Origin: Spongospora subterranea f. sp. subterranea
Taxonomy: Eukaryota
DNA: 64,000 nt
Assembly (NCBI GenBank): GCA_049724395.1
Contig: JAUGWO010000012.1
Span: forward strand, 1-64,000
Reading direction: 5' to 3'
Shown here piece after piece: positions 1-12,539 of this stretch. Both the position numbers and the translations under genes were made by a program. Position 1 is the stretch's first letter, and every line of letters starts with the position of its first letter. The notes beneath the pieces were generated by a model, which had not been told where the DNA came from, made no database searches, and saw nothing but the letters and a program-made list of their open reading frames with translations.

Positions 1-1560
1 TTTGGCACGCCTTTTTCGGCATGCCAGGCTCAAATAATGACATCAACAGGCGAATCTCCTAGGGCAAGCTTTACAGTTAACAACAACGAATATGGAATGA
101 CGTATCTGTTGGCAGATGGAATTTATCCATGCTGGGCAACGTTCGTGAAAACCATTTCTAACCCCATAGGAAACAAGAAAAAACATTTCGCTAAGTGTTC
201 AGGAAGCAGCCAGAAAGGATGTTGAAAGGGCCTTCGGGGTTTTGCAGGCACGGTTTCGAATTGTCCACAGCCCATGCAAGCTTTTTGCAATGCAGACCTA
301 ATGAAGCAAATCATTATCGCCGCGATTATTTTACATAATATGATCATCGAAGACGAACGGGGTGAACTAAATCCTGATTTTCTTTTCGAAGACGGGTTTG
401 CTCCATGTCGGATTGTCCCAGGTAGCCGCGTACCTTACGAAAATCTCCAGCAACGATCGGTGCTCCGTCAATCCGTTGTCAAAATCAGCACACTCAACTG
501 CAGTTCGATCTGGTCGAGCATCTGTGGGACCTTGAAGGCGCTGCAGTTGCAGCTGATGATGAAGAATAAACGTTTTTTTTGTTTGCCCAATTTGAATAAA
601 TTTCGTCTGCCAAACGGTATCATTCCATATTCGCTGTTGTTTACTGAAATTGCCGACGAAGCTCGGCTTTAAGCGTAGGTATTCTTCCCCATCTTCACAA
701 CCTTGAAAAAGCTTGAGATCGTTCCTCTCTGCCAGCAAACGGTTCGTCTCCGCCTGCAACGCATTGCTTTGACGTTGAGCCTCAGCCATTGCTACTGCAG
801 CCGCCTGAATTTCAGACCTTTTCTCGTCGCGAACGGAGGACCTATCCACTTTCGCGCGTTTGGCCCCAATAGGACGTTCTGGAGTTACGAAAGAACCCTC
901 ATCATTCGCTCTATCTCGACAGTTCACAAGGGCACGTGTTGAGGAGATAGCGTCAAATTTTGGGCTTGATTTCAGAACCTTGAAAAACTCCACGTACTTA
1001 AAGTCTTTGTTTTCAGCATCTTTTGTAACGCAAAAACGCTTCACTCATTACATTTTCTTCCGACCAACCGGAAGGAATGTCGAGAAGAATTTTGTTTACA
1101 ATTCCGCAGAACTTGTTGACGCTTCGCTGAACGGTTGTCCAATGGCACTGAAGTGCCTGCTGCGACCGACAGGGATTTGACGGCATTCTGTCGGACTCAA
1201 ATTGCAAGGCAACCTTTCGCCAAAATGCATCGGCCTGCTGATCTGCGCCGTTAATCGGATCGCATGAAACAGCCAGCCAGCAAGATGCAAGCATAGCGCT
1301 CTCTCCTGGCCGGAAATTCTTGCCCCGTTTGACAACAGTTGTTTCCACAGCTGCAGGTACGAGGTCCATTGGCGAAGCAACGAGGAAACCTCTATGAGCG
1401 TAGCCCGGATGAAATCTGCGCGACTGCGCATTTCTGTTGTAGAGATTCTCTACTCGACTCTCTATTTTGGAGAGGATTATGACAATCTCTAAAATTTAGA
1501 GAGACGAATTTGAAGATACGGTAGAAAGACCGGTGGATGTCCGTGGCAGTCTCTAAACCG
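1..1560. mobile_element. Inverted, degenerate copy of the same Harbinger element (left arm of a large palindrome, runs off the window)
   Basis: Reverse complement of ~1595-3198. Transposase 3' part at 1-569 (+) has a ~38-nt deletion and frameshifts. Myb gene at ~645-1369 (-) has a frameshift near 1022 and a deletion near 672. Confidence 0.93.
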
Positions 1561-1778
1561 GTCTCTCTATCTGAATCTCTAAACAGGAAAACTGCGGTTT
1601 AGAGAGCCACGGACATCCACCGGTCTCTCTATCTTCAAATTCGTCTCTCTAAATTTTAGAGATTGTCATAATCCTCTCCAAAATAGAGAGTCGAGTAGAA
1701 AATCTCTAAAACAGAAATGCGCAGTCGCGCAGATTTCATCCGGGCTTCGCTCATAGAGGTTTCCTCGTTGCTTCGCCA

Positions 1779-2522
1779 ATGGACCTCGTACCTGCAGCTG
1801 TGGAAACAACTGTTGTCAAACGGGGCAAGAATTTCCGGCCAGGAGAGAGCGCTATGCTTGCATCTTGCTGGCTGGCTGTTTCATGCGATCCGATTAACGG
1901 CGCAGATCAGCAGGCCGATACATTTTGGCGAAAGGTTGCCTTGCAATTTGAGTCCGACAGAATGCCGTCAGATCCCTGTCGGTCGCAGCAGGCACTTCAG
2001 TGCCATTGGACAACCGTTCAGCGAAGCGTCAACAAGTTCTGCGGAATTGTAAACAAAATTCTTCACGACATTCCTTCCGGTTGGTCGGAAGAAAATGTAA
2101 TGAGTGAAGCGTTTTTGCGTTACAAAGATGCTGAAAACAAAGACTTTAAGTACGTGGAGTCCTTCAAGGTTCTGAAATCAAGCCCAAAATTTAACGCTAT
2201 TTCCTCAACACGTGCCCTTGTAACCTGTCGAGATAGAGCGAATGATGAGGGTTCTTTCGTAACTCCAGAACGTCCTATTGGGGCCAAACGCGCGAAAGTG
2301 GATAGGTCCTCCGTTCGCGATGAGAAAAGGTCTGAAATTCAGGCGGCTGCGGTAGCAATGGCTGAGGCTCAACGTCAAAGCAATGCGTTGCAGGCGGAGA
2401 CGAACCGTTTGCTGGCAGAGAGGAACGATCTCAAGCTTTTTCAAGGTTCTGAAGATGGGGAAGAATACCTACACTTACTGCGACAAAAGAAATTAGCCGA
2501 GCTTCGTCGGCAATTTCAGTAA
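1779..2522 (+). CDS. Harbinger Myb/SANT-like (NAM-associated type) DNA-binding protein, 247 aa
   Basis: Open ORF with RGKNF..E...L...W...S.DPING.DQ....FW..V and RPIG.KRAK motifs typical of PIF ORF1. Confidence 0.88.
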   Translation: MDLVPAAVETTVVKRGKNFRPGESAMLASCWLAVSCDPINGADQQADTFWRKVALQFESDRMPSDPCRSQQALQCHWTTVQRSVNKFCGIVNKILHDIPSGWSEENVMSEAFLRYKDAENKDFKYVESFKVLKSSPKFNAISSTRALVTCRDRANDEGSFVTPERPIGAKRAKVDRSSVRDEKRSEIQAAAVAMAEAQRQSNALQAETNRLLAERNDLKLFQGSEDGEEYLHLLRQKKLAELRRQFQ

Positions 2523-2593
2523 ACAACAGCGAATATGGAATGATACCGTTTGGCAGACAAAATTTATTTGAATTGGGCAAACAAAAAAAACGT

Positions 2594-3862
2594 TTATTCT
2601 TCATCATCAGCTGCAACTGCAGCGCCTTCAAGGTCCCACAGATGCTCGACCAGATCGAACTGCAGTTGAGTGTGCTGATTTTGACAACGGATTTGACGGA
2701 GCACCGATCGTTGCTGGAGATTTTCGTAAGGTATGCGGCTACCTGGGACAATCCGACATGGAGCAAACCCGTCTTCGAAAAGAAAATCAGGATTTAGTTC
2801 ACCCCGTTCGTCTTCGATGATCATATTATGTAAAATAATCGCGGCGATAATGATTTGCTTCATTAGGTCTGCATTCCAAAGCTTGCATGGGCTGTGGACA
2901 ATTCGAAACCGTGCCTGCAAAACCCCGAAGGCCCTTTCAACATCCTTTCTGGCTGCTTCCTGACACTTAGCGAAATGTTTTTTCTTGTTTCCTATGGGGT
3001 TAGAAATGGTTTTCACGAACGTTGCCCAGCTTGGATAAATTCCATCTGCCAACAGATACGTCATTCCATATTCGTTGTTGTTAACTGTAAAGCTTGCCCT
3101 AGGAGATTCGCCTGTAAGAAAATCCGCGAATAATGAAGACCTGTCCAGGACATTGATGTCATTGTTTGATCCAGGCATGCCGAAAAAGGCGTGCCAAATC
3201 CATAAATCTTGAGTAGCGACCGCCTCGAGCACAATTGTCGGTTTCTTATAGCGGCCTTGATACATGCCTGCCCATGCTTTGGGACAGTTTTGCCATTCCC
3301 AATGCATACAATCTACGGAACCCATCATTCCTGGAAATCCTCTCGATGCATTTGTTGTCAATATACGTTGGATGTCTTCTTCATTGGGGTATCTTAGATA
3401 TTCATCCCCGAACACCTTGATCACAGCAGAAACAAAACGTTCAAGGCTAAGCAAGATTGTACTTTCTGCCATGCGTAGGTTTTCGTCCAAACTATCCGCC
3501 GACGATCCATAAGCCATGACACGAAGAGCAGCAGTTATTTTTTGGAGACTTGACAGACCAAGTAGTCCAGTGGCATCGCGACGTTGCTGAAAATATGAAT
3601 CCGTCTCAACGACACGCTGTTGGATTCGTAGAAACAAGTCTCGTCGCATTCGATATCGTCGACGAAATTGAGCTGGCGTATACACTGGATCCGCAGCAAA
3701 ATAGTCGGCATATAATCGATTGTGCCCTAAGATCCGATCCCTGTTGATGTTTCCAGACCGTCCTGGAGCAGAACCTCCATTGATGCGTTGGTCATCATCT
3801 TCGCTGTCGGAATCGAGCTTATCCCATTGCAGAAGAAGGCTGACAAATGCGTTAACAGTCAT
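2594..3862 (-). CDS. PIF/Harbinger DDE transposase
   Basis: Motifs FRRRYRM, GFPGMMGSVDCMHWEW.NCP.AW, WIWHAFFG.PGSNNDINVL, YLLADGIYP, RKDVERAFGVLQARF, ILHNMI. Start ATG placed at 3862. Confidence 0.95.
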   Translation of the reverse strand: MTVNAFVSLLLQWDKLDSDSEDDDQRINGGSAPGRSGNINRDRILGHNRLYADYFAADPVYTPAQFRRRYRMRRDLFLRIQQRVVETDSYFQQRRDATGLLGLSSLQKITAALRVMAYGSSADSLDENLRMAESTILLSLERFVSAVIKVFGDEYLRYPNEEDIQRILTTNASRGFPGMMGSVDCMHWEWQNCPKAWAGMYQGRYKKPTIVLEAVATQDLWIWHAFFGMPGSNNDINVLDRSSLFADFLTGESPRASFTVNNNEYGMTYLLADGIYPSWATFVKTISNPIGNKKKHFAKCQEAARKDVERAFGVLQARFRIVHSPCKLWNADLMKQIIIAAIILHNMIIEDERGELNPDFLFEDGFAPCRIVPGSRIPYENLQQRSVLRQIRCQNQHTQLQFDLVEHLWDLEGAAVAADDEE

Positions 3863-4006
3863 GATGAAATATAGAGATAGAGAGTGCACCGGTGTGTGCA
3901 CGTCTGGCTATACACCGAATCACGCACATTTTGACTCTCCAAACGCGATATTTTAGAGATACAGATAGAGAGACCGGTGGAGATGCTCTGTTTGAGTTTG
4001 TGTTTT

Positions 4007-5203
4007 TTAAATAGGTTTGAAACGTGTGTCTAGTTTCTGTAATTTTCGTTTCCTTTTCTCGATACGGTCAGCTCGGTGCTGTTTCACCATTGATTGCTGC
4101 CATTTTGTTTTGGCGCGGTTCCTTCGCTTGTATGCAGTTTTCAGTTCATCGTTCCAGAAGGGACATGCTTTGCTACGAATAGTTTTGTGGTGGATCGACC
4201 CTGCTATAGTCCTATGAATATTTGTTAGAGTCAGTTGATCGCGGGTCATGTTTGTGATTCGCTCCATGAGCGTGTTTATGGTTCTCTCATTATCGATTAT
4301 TTTGATGTGTTCTCTCACCGTGTTTGTGCGTTTTTGCCGCCTTGTTGGGATGGTAGTTTTGATAATTGTTGGCAGATGGACATGCTCAAATTAGCGTGGG
4401 CTTTCCAACTTTGGACGAAGGGGAGAAACGTTTGATTGCAAAGCGTGATGTCTAAATTGTTTGGTCCTCTGGTAGGTGTGTTGACATCATTTATCATGGA
4501 GAATTTCATTAAAATAGAGTCTAGGTATTCGCGGTGCTCTTCGTATTTCCAAATCGTTTATCTTTTGTGTTCAGATCCCCTGTAATTGTTGTTGGCATAT
4601 TCTGTTCATCTGCAAATTGTTCCATTGCTTTTCAGAACTTGGATCTCGCCTTATTGTTACGTCTGGTGGTATGCATGTATGTATCAACATTATTTCCTTA
4701 TTCAATAGTAGTTGTTGCGTATTGATTCGCGATTTTTCAAATTTTCTGATTGTGGGGCAGTTAATTGTTTGGATGTCCAATCCCTCCCTCCAGAATATTG
4801 CTGATTGAGTGAATGTATCGCTGCAGTGATAATTAAATCCGGCTATTCTTCTTCTGTGGCCAAGTTCGGATATGCATATAACGTCTATTTTGTGTTTGTT
4901 TGTGAACCGAGCCAGTTCGTAAGACTTAATCTCTGTCAGCCGGCCGGCATTCCATTGTGCAATTCGATAGTCGTGATTGGCGATCTGGTTTAGTCCTGTG
5001 TGTTTTTTCTCAAAGAGTCTCGTATTTTGTTCTGTGTTGAAGTAGTTGGTAATACGGTTTGCTTTTCTCCTGGTCTCAGGTCGTAAGGGGATGGGATTTT
5101 GTAATTGTTGTGTTACCAGTTGGCGTTTAGTTGCTGTGTTTCCTAGAAGTATTTTGTGGGTTTTGTGATTAGGTTTGAAAAACTGGGTAATTCGGGATTG
5201 CAT
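4007..5203 (-). pseudogene. Non-LTR retrotransposon APE endonuclease plus linker, frameshifted, truncated before RT
   Basis: RIAQWNAGRL, DVICISE, TITGDLN (alternate frame ~4570-4600), TPTRGPNNLDITL, then the CPFWNDELK..Y.RRNRA linker typical of LINE ORF2. It stops at the Harbinger end. Confidence 0.8.
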
Positions 5204-5230
5204 CGGTCCAAAAAAAAGAAATTTTTAATC

Positions 5231-6442
5231 CTAATCATGCTGGCAAGGTTGCGTGGGTACTGTAACTGGTTGGACCATTGATGGGATATTTGTCATTTGG
5301 CTGCATTCGGGCTCGTTTTCATTGGGGTGTCTCCTTTTGAAGTTATGGCCTTGAATTTCCTCCTCAGTTTCCAAGACTCGCTTATTTGTTGGTTGTGGCT
5401 TAAATCTTTTTAGTTTAAATTCATGGACCCTGGCATGTTTGTCATCCTCAGTGCATAATGGAAAGAGTCGTTTGTTGCTTCTATTGGGTGTGAGTCTGAT
5501 TTTGTTCGTGTTTTTCATTCTATTATCAGTTTCTGTTGGTATAAGGCCCTGTTTTGACCTGCTGCCACAGGAGAGTTCTTTACAGTCACTGTTTGGTGTT
5601 CCATCGTTTTTGTGAATTAAATTTGAGTTATATTTGCTGTGTTCTTCGGTATCTGCGTCTGCTTTTTGTGTGACGTTATCAGTAGTGGCATTCTTTTTGT
5701 TTTGAGAAATGTATTGTTCACATTGTGCTTCTGTCATCATCTCACTCAATTTTGCGTTTCGGACGTCGATATTTATCGGGAATAAAGTTGCATAGTGGTT
5801 GAGCCTGCCGTGTTCCATTGGGTTCAATGGGGTTCCCTGTTTATGATGCAATAGGTGTATTGTCGTATTCAATTCCGAGGTATCTCGAAGCTTTGGAAAG
5901 GAGTTATCAATCCATTTTCGGATATTTGTGCTAAAAGGTTTTGTTGAATGACTTATTATGATGATGTTGATTTTGAGCATAAATGACGCAATTGTTAGCT
6001 CAAATAGTCCAGCCCATTGACAATCTCTTTGCATTATGTCGAGGTATACATCCAGTGAGAGATCGTCTTGATTTGGCAATGATCCTGCATAGTTCAATAT
6101 GGCCTGTGCTATAGTCCGTCCTTGCTGTGGATGTCTGGCGTATTGACAGATGTCCGTTCTCAACCGTTGTACAGATGTGTTAGGAATGAGCCCTGTTGTT
6201 CGGATCGCTTCCAATGCACAGTTTCCTATCCCCAGAACGTCTCTAAATATGTATGTTTTGCTGTATTTTTCCATGACACATGTAGGGTGCCAGGGGTGGA
6301 GACCGTTCCGATTTTCTCGTTGCAGTTTGTTGTCTTCTTTTTTCTTTGTTCGTACTGTCAGGTCATTGCATTCGTTGGGCATTTGACTTTTTAGCTTTGC
6401 GGAATTACCGTGTCGATCTTCTGTTTTCCTGGCATGATTCAT
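5231..6442 (-). CDS. OTU-like cysteine protease domain ORF, probably part of the LINE-like element
   Basis: FRDVLGIGNCALEAI (GDGNC-like), WAGLFELTIASFMLKINIIII and HYATL match the OTU Cys, W-G..E and His motifs. Confidence 0.7.
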   Translation of the reverse strand: MNHARKTEDRHGNSAKLKSQMPNECNDLTVRTKKKEDNKLQRENRNGLHPWHPTCVMEKYSKTYIFRDVLGIGNCALEAIRTTGLIPNTSVQRLRTDICQYARHPQQGRTIAQAILNYAGSLPNQDDLSLDVYLDIMQRDCQWAGLFELTIASFMLKINIIIISHSTKPFSTNIRKWIDNSFPKLRDTSELNTTIHLLHHKQGTPLNPMEHGRLNHYATLFPINIDVRNAKLSEMMTEAQCEQYISQNKKNATTDNVTQKADADTEEHSKYNSNLIHKNDGTPNSDCKELSCGSRSKQGLIPTETDNRMKNTNKIRLTPNRSNKRLFPLCTEDDKHARVHEFKLKRFKPQPTNKRVLETEEEIQGHNFKRRHPNENEPECSQMTNIPSMVQPVTVPTQPCQHD

Positions 6443-8372
6443 TTTTATTTAATAACATACAATAATTTTTGGTGAAGTATCGGCATGTATAATGGTGGAA
6501 GCTAATCTTATTTCGTCAATTTTTACATCTTCCTTTTCCCAATCAATCAAATATAATCTTGTGTGGGCATGCCTTTGCACGATGTCCGTCTGCCTTGCAG
6601 GTGACACATTCCATGGCTTCTTTTCATCTGTGTTTTGAGCCCCCACGTTCGTTGTAGCGAATCGAGATTTAGTCTTACGTCGCGTCTTCAGGTTTGCGTC
6701 CCTGCCTGCTGATTTCGTGCGTGCGGTAATTGTTTTAATTTTATTGTCGCGGTTTGGGCTGATTCTGTGTTTGCTGTTTTGTTGTCTGTTTTCGCATTGA
6801 ATTTTCGGTTTAGTTTTGGTGATCTTTTTAATTTTATCGGTGCCAACACAAGGAAGGGGGTTCGGGCGCAAAGCATTGGAGGGGGATCCGTTGCGATGGT
6901 CACAAGATTTGGTCAAAGACCTTATCATGTGTAAGCAGAGCTTTATACGCTGCTCAGATTGCGTTTGTTAGCCCAGGTATGTTTGGGTCTAACAAGGATT
7001 AGGTTGAAAGTCCTCTGCGATGTGCCATGGTTAGAGCTTTCTTCTGTACCCACCTCTCTCCAGCTCCTTCCACTTCTTTTCCTTATTGCAAACGACTCCA
7101 ACCAATTACTAGCCTTTAAACGTTCTAAGAAACCCATTAAATGCGTATTACTTACTTTTAGGGTGGCAATCAGCTGCCACTTTCTTGGGTCAGGCATATG
7201 ATTTCTGAAGATCGCGTCCCATCCTTTCTTCTCACACCAAACAATGGCATTTGATGAACGACGAGAACAGCTTTTGACTGCTGTTCCCAATTGGGATACA
7301 GCAGGCATGGTTCCATTGGAATTGCAGTCATTACCAGGAAGACTACCCCCCCAGGCATCCCTAGACTGTCACCCTTGGTGCCAGCCGACTCCCATCCACC
7401 AGCAACACGATCGACCGTCGCCGCCATGTTGTCGATCCGTGACTTGCGCAGTTGATTGCGGAGTGAGTTGGCTGCGTCCAAAATTGGTGCGGAGAAGCGT
7501 TGACGTTGCGGGCGTCCTGTCACGACCATCAATCCTGCATTGACAAAAATAAATGTTACAGCATTTCCTGCTGGGATTCACCCAGTGGAACAGAAACCCA
7601 TAAGCTCCTAAAGGGGCCCCTGTCAACGTTGTCTTTACTCTGGATTCAACGTATTTCACGGTCATCCCATATCCAAGATACAAAGTTGGCAGATTATTTT
7701 CTGGCCACCGCTGACGGTGCTTTGATCGTTGAAAGTTGCGGATAATTAGAGCTCGGACATCTTCAATCCATTCGGTGCGTCTAATGGCTGCCGAAACTGG
7801 AAGGGAACGCTGGAATTGATGCTTCTTTATCCAACGTTGCAGTTGTTCGGTGAGAAATGTCGATCTGGTGGTACTCCGTGGGATCCTGCACTATATCGTC
7901 ATTGCATTCACCAGCTTCCAACTTCCTCTGTATTAAATTTGAAACGACTTGATCCTGCATCTGCCGACAACTCGACGACAAACGCAAGCCTCGACGACGA
8001 AATTAATTGACGAGTGAATTGAAATGCAACCACGCAAAAAAAATGTCTGTCGCACTATGGCGGTTGTTGCATTCTCTACTCTGGTTCATCGACAAAACAC
8101 GGGGTTTACAAGTGAGCCTTTTATTTATATATTTAAACAGAAATATCTACTGTGAAATATCTGGACGTTCATCTTAATCGGTTGCGAACAAATTTGCTTA
8201 GGTTTGGGAATCTTATTTAACGGGTATGACAAAAAGTTCTGTGAAAATCCTGATTTGCTAGCTCACAATATTCGGAAATTTCTTCGTTCTGAGATCGGAC
8301 GCTCTTCGATATTACTCAGTGCTACGCCATGGTGGCAGAAGTGTTGGACGGTTCAGCGGGAGGTAACGGCCC

Positions 8373-9678
8373 TTAGAGCGCTTGAGAAGGCCATTCTTCT
8401 GACCTGTGCATTTGACAATTACGACAGGCCTTATTTGATGGGTTAGCGATTGGGACATATACACCTGCAGATAAACATGGAGGAATTTGAAAGGTGGCCA
8501 TGTCGACCGCCGAATCGGCAATGTTTACGGGACAGGATGCATCAGCAGTTGAACAATATAGTGGATCATAATCGGCAATGTTTACGGGACAGGATGCATC
8601 AGCAGTTGAACAATATAGTGGATCATAATCGGCAATGTTTACGGGACAGGATGCATCAGCAGTTGAACAATATAGTGGATCATAATCGGCAATGTTTACG
8701 GGACAGGATGCATCAGCAGTTGAACAATATAGTGGATCATAATCGGCAATGTTTACGGGACAGGATGCATCAGCAGTTGAACAATATAGGTGGATCATAA
8801 TCGGCAATGTTTACGGGACAGGATGCATCAGCAGTTGAACAATATAGTGGATCATAATCGGCAATGTTTACGGGACAGGATGCATCAGCAGTTGAACAAT
8901 ATAGTGGATCATAATCGGCAATGTTTACGGGACAGGATGCATCAGCAGTTGAACAATATAGTGGATCATAATCGGCAATGTTTACGGGACAGGATGCATC
9001 AGCTGTTGAACAATATAGTGGATCATAATCGACAAAATATATTGGCTGAGGAATATGGACAACCCGTCCTGAATTGTTTGTATAAGTGGACACTTCAGAG
9101 TAATCGACGGTTTGACCAACGTCAATAATGTCAAACAATGGCGCAGATGAGCATAACATAGCATCGTTGGGCGCCTTGAAAACATTCATTGATTCCAGAA
9201 GGTGAGAATATGCAGAATCGTCCCAAGTTCGTGAACGAAGGTCACCGTGTAAGACCGGTTCTGGTATAAAGATATTCTGACAAGGAAGTTGTGGTGAAGA
9301 GATTGCCGGGTGAGTGGGGAAGACAAACATGGGGGGGATGGCGGTATGACATAGATTAGGGTCTAAAACAGCATTATCCAGGAAACAGGGATTAAATGAA
9401 AACCAAATATATAGCTGTGGCCAAAATTCGCTTTGAAACATGGGATGCGACGCAGCATAAATGGAGGCGGAAAAGTGAATTGGACAGCAAGGAGCTTCGC
9501 ATGGAGAATATGAGGTTGGGCCATCTTGATATAGAGAGTTTGGTGAAGGGTCAGGGGATCCATTGGCTGAGAGAGGGGTACAATATCGAGAGTCGTCCAA
9601 TAATGATGGTGGATCATGACGGGGATCGGGGCCTTCTGTAATCACCAGGTCGGCATTAGCAGTCATCCTTCGTCTCAT
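8373..9678 (-). CDS. Hypothetical Pro-rich protein with 19-aa repeats (DYDPLYCSTADASCPVNIA)
   Basis: ORFs 8770-9678 and 8373-8807 join into one frame if the single extra base in repeat 5 is removed. No recognisable domain. Confidence 0.4.
8513..9031. repeat. 57-bp tandem repeat, 9 near-identical copies
   Basis: Unit AATCGGCAATGTTTACGGGACAGGATGCATCAGCAGTTGAACAATATAGTGGATCAT starts at 8513, 8570, 8627, 8684, 8741, 8799, 8856, 8913 and 8970. One extra G near 8789. Confidence 0.98.
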
Positions 9679-10549
9679 TGCTCATATTGATTGTGACAAC
9701 GAGCAACGGCAATATTGATGCATAACCCCAATCCTCCGAAAGAACTGATGGTTCTAAGAGCAATCGCATGCCTCAAAACCTATAGACCTTTTAGAGCAAT
9801 GCTGGCTTGAGAAATGTGGCTTTGACACAGGAACAGGAGGCACTGCAAAGCAAAAATACGAACAAGGCAAATTTGGCAAGTGAATTCCGATCAATGTCAT
9901 GCATATATCTGACGTTGCGATCACCTTCAAGTTTCACTCGGCCACTGCAAATCATTAGGGTGAACCGTGAAAGGTCAGGATTCACAAGTACCGTTGCACC
10001 ACCGTCATGAGCACAACGCCATGATCGTCAAGAAATGACGTTGGCTTTCTAAACCCTAAATAAGAAAGATGTATTGAATGACTATGGCACGGTTTGAAAA
10101 ATGTTAGTTAGAGCGCCCGGTTTCTTAAAATTTGCGACTTACATTATTGGCATCAGCTTCTCACGCTTGTTCATGCTGATACAATAGAGGAACCACAGCA
10201 CGTTTTATGGGCTCAGTATATCTTCTCGTGATGATCCAAAGTGTTTCTGGGGAATGACGTGATTTCTTTGTAGTGGTAGTCGAAGAACGTCGTTCCCGAC
10301 AATCGTCTCCAACGCATTTAGGGTGTTTTTGCATGAACAAGTATGCACCCTTACCATGTTAACCAGACTTAGCTCATGTCAGTTTCGGTTTTATTGTGGT
10401 CTCATATCATATCTAAAACCTTCGAGGTTTAAAAACTTTGCAGTTGTTTAAAAGATCAGGCCCGTTATGGTTGGGTAGATGTGTGATCGTTTGCAGAACT
10501 TATCACTATACAATTGAGAAGGTTCAGGTCAGGAATGTCATTGCGTTCG

Positions 10550-12100
10550 TGTTCATGGTCAGATCCTGATCCACTATCATTCGCCAGGTGATTGGTTTAT
10601 GTCGCGATGTTGACCGAAACTTCATGGGAACAGCTACAGCGGCGACAAGGATTGTTGGCTTGCAACATGGGGTCCGATATGATGATAATTGGAAAATCGA
10701 AGTCCAGTATAAACTGCTTTTCATTTTCACCCCATGAGTGCCCAATCTGCGCTTTCAATAGCAAAACGTTTCAATGACTATCCTAATGTGGCAACAAAGG
10801 CGTTGACGCGATGATGGTTTGCTAAAACAATCTGCTTTCAGCGCTTCGTTTACAGTGGTCGCAAGAGGCGAATACCAAAATGGCAAGCAGAGTACAATTC
10901 ATGAGGCTGGCGCTGATCAATAAACGAGACGATCAGGTCGAGTTGTATCAGTCAAACCCACAATGTGATTCGGTATTTTGAATGAGTTCTGTTCGTGTCA
11001 ATCGCGTCAGTTTAACTTCCTCAAACCAACGAAGCCTCTCGCCCTATGAACAGATTACTTCTTCACTTCGCAAGCATGTTTTCAAACATCTACTAGAGCG
11101 TTCTGTTTACAATACGTGAGATCATGCACGATTTTATTTGAGTATTACTTTAATGTTTTATTTCATGTCTGAGGTAATTTGTGTTAAATTTGTTATGCAG
11201 AAACTGCATGTTGAGGTGTTTCGGGTTCGAATGATATTCTGGTTTCATGATTAATTACCTGACATCTGTTTACACAACGATGTGTCCTCGTTTGTGGCCC
11301 ATAGAGTTATCTATTAACCCGATACAGATGTCGTGTTTGTTATACAATATGCTGATTGGAATTTTAAACATGATATTTGAAAATGGGATCCTGGTCAGAG
11401 AGTCGTCTCTACACATAAACATCCAAAAATTGTTTTTAGAAAATTTGTACGATGACACCGCGCTTGTGGATGCAGTACAGTTGTAGCAACCGCAAACGTG
11501 TTCGTTATTCAGCCGGTGGCAAAAGAATTCATTGATGGATATCAATCGGAAACACCTTTGTTCGAATTGCATCAACACCTCAGCTGCGAGATGACCTGGT
11601 CGAGCATCTTTGGGCATGCCAAGGACAATTTTTTATTGTGAGATTGTGGAGCTTTGTAAATTCTTGGACGCAGCGAACTCCAAGCGCTGTTTGAAATTTG
11701 CGACAATTTCGAACTTTTTGATGTGAAATTTCGGCAGCGGTCTCGTCTCCTTTTTCTGGAGCAGACATTGCAATTATTGCCATTTCAGGTTGCACCTGTA
11801 GCAGTTCATTACGCTTGTTTTGAGACCCCACCATGTCTTCTTTTTCAGCAAAAGGGTTTTCGAGGTGTTGACTCGCGTAAAAATTGGCTTTCATCTTTTG
11901 CGTGATGGAAAATTTCCTGTGTTAAGAAATTCAGACCCCATTGGCTTATGATCCCTCCAGGATTTCTTCTAGTTATTGTACTCGATTCTTTCTGCTCTGT
12001 CAAAATGTTGCATGAATGGACAGCGTTGACGTTGAAAGTAACTTTTGCCAATCCTTCAAGTATTTTATACTTGCTCTTTGTGTCAACAAAAGGAGATTTT
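10550..12100 (-). mobile_element. Possible Mutator-like transposase remnant
   Basis: IIAMS.PEKG....A followed by CPWHAQR resembles the MULE SD..KG / CxxH motifs. Many stops and frameshifts; boundaries approximate. Confidence 0.35.
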
Positions 12101-12539
12101 CATATTCACCTCTTGCGGATAACAAGGTTTCTACCATAGGCTTTGTTTAGCGTCTGGATGGTCGTCAGATTTGGCAGGCCTTCCTACCAACTTTCAAAAC
12201 CTGCAGGTCGCTCGATCTCAAACAAGGATCCATCAAATACCAGGCAAGTTTCAGGGAATCCGCAAACCCGTTCAAGACCATCAGATGAATCTTCGGATTT
12301 TTCAAGGTTTTCCAAACTTTTGAAAACGATGTATAGATTTGACTTTTAGGAAAAAATCAGTTCGTCAGACTAATTACTGTAAACAAATGTCAGTAGATTT
12401 CCATGGCTGAGACTGAGCCGTGTTCAGTCGATATGCGATGCCAAAATCAACGTGTCGAGTACCAAAGGAAGCTTTCAATTGCTAGTTTTATCACGTATCA
12501 ATGTGATCGTCCGGTGCATGAGACCGATGGCTTCCCCCG

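Larger units (their letters stand above)
1557..3988. mobile_element. PIF/Harbinger DNA transposon, near-intact two-gene element
   Basis: Right end reads inward GAGCATCTCCACCGGTCTCTCTATCTG (PIF-type TIR, ends 3988). The matching left end ACCGGTCTCTCTATCTGAATCTCTAAA starts at 1557 but lacks the outermost ~10 nt. Convergent Myb-like and transposase ORFs lie inside. Confidence 0.93.

Noticed and set aside
8513..9031. CRISPR-like regular repeats
   Set aside because: Units are contiguous with no unique spacers, there are no cas genes, and the context is eukaryotic.
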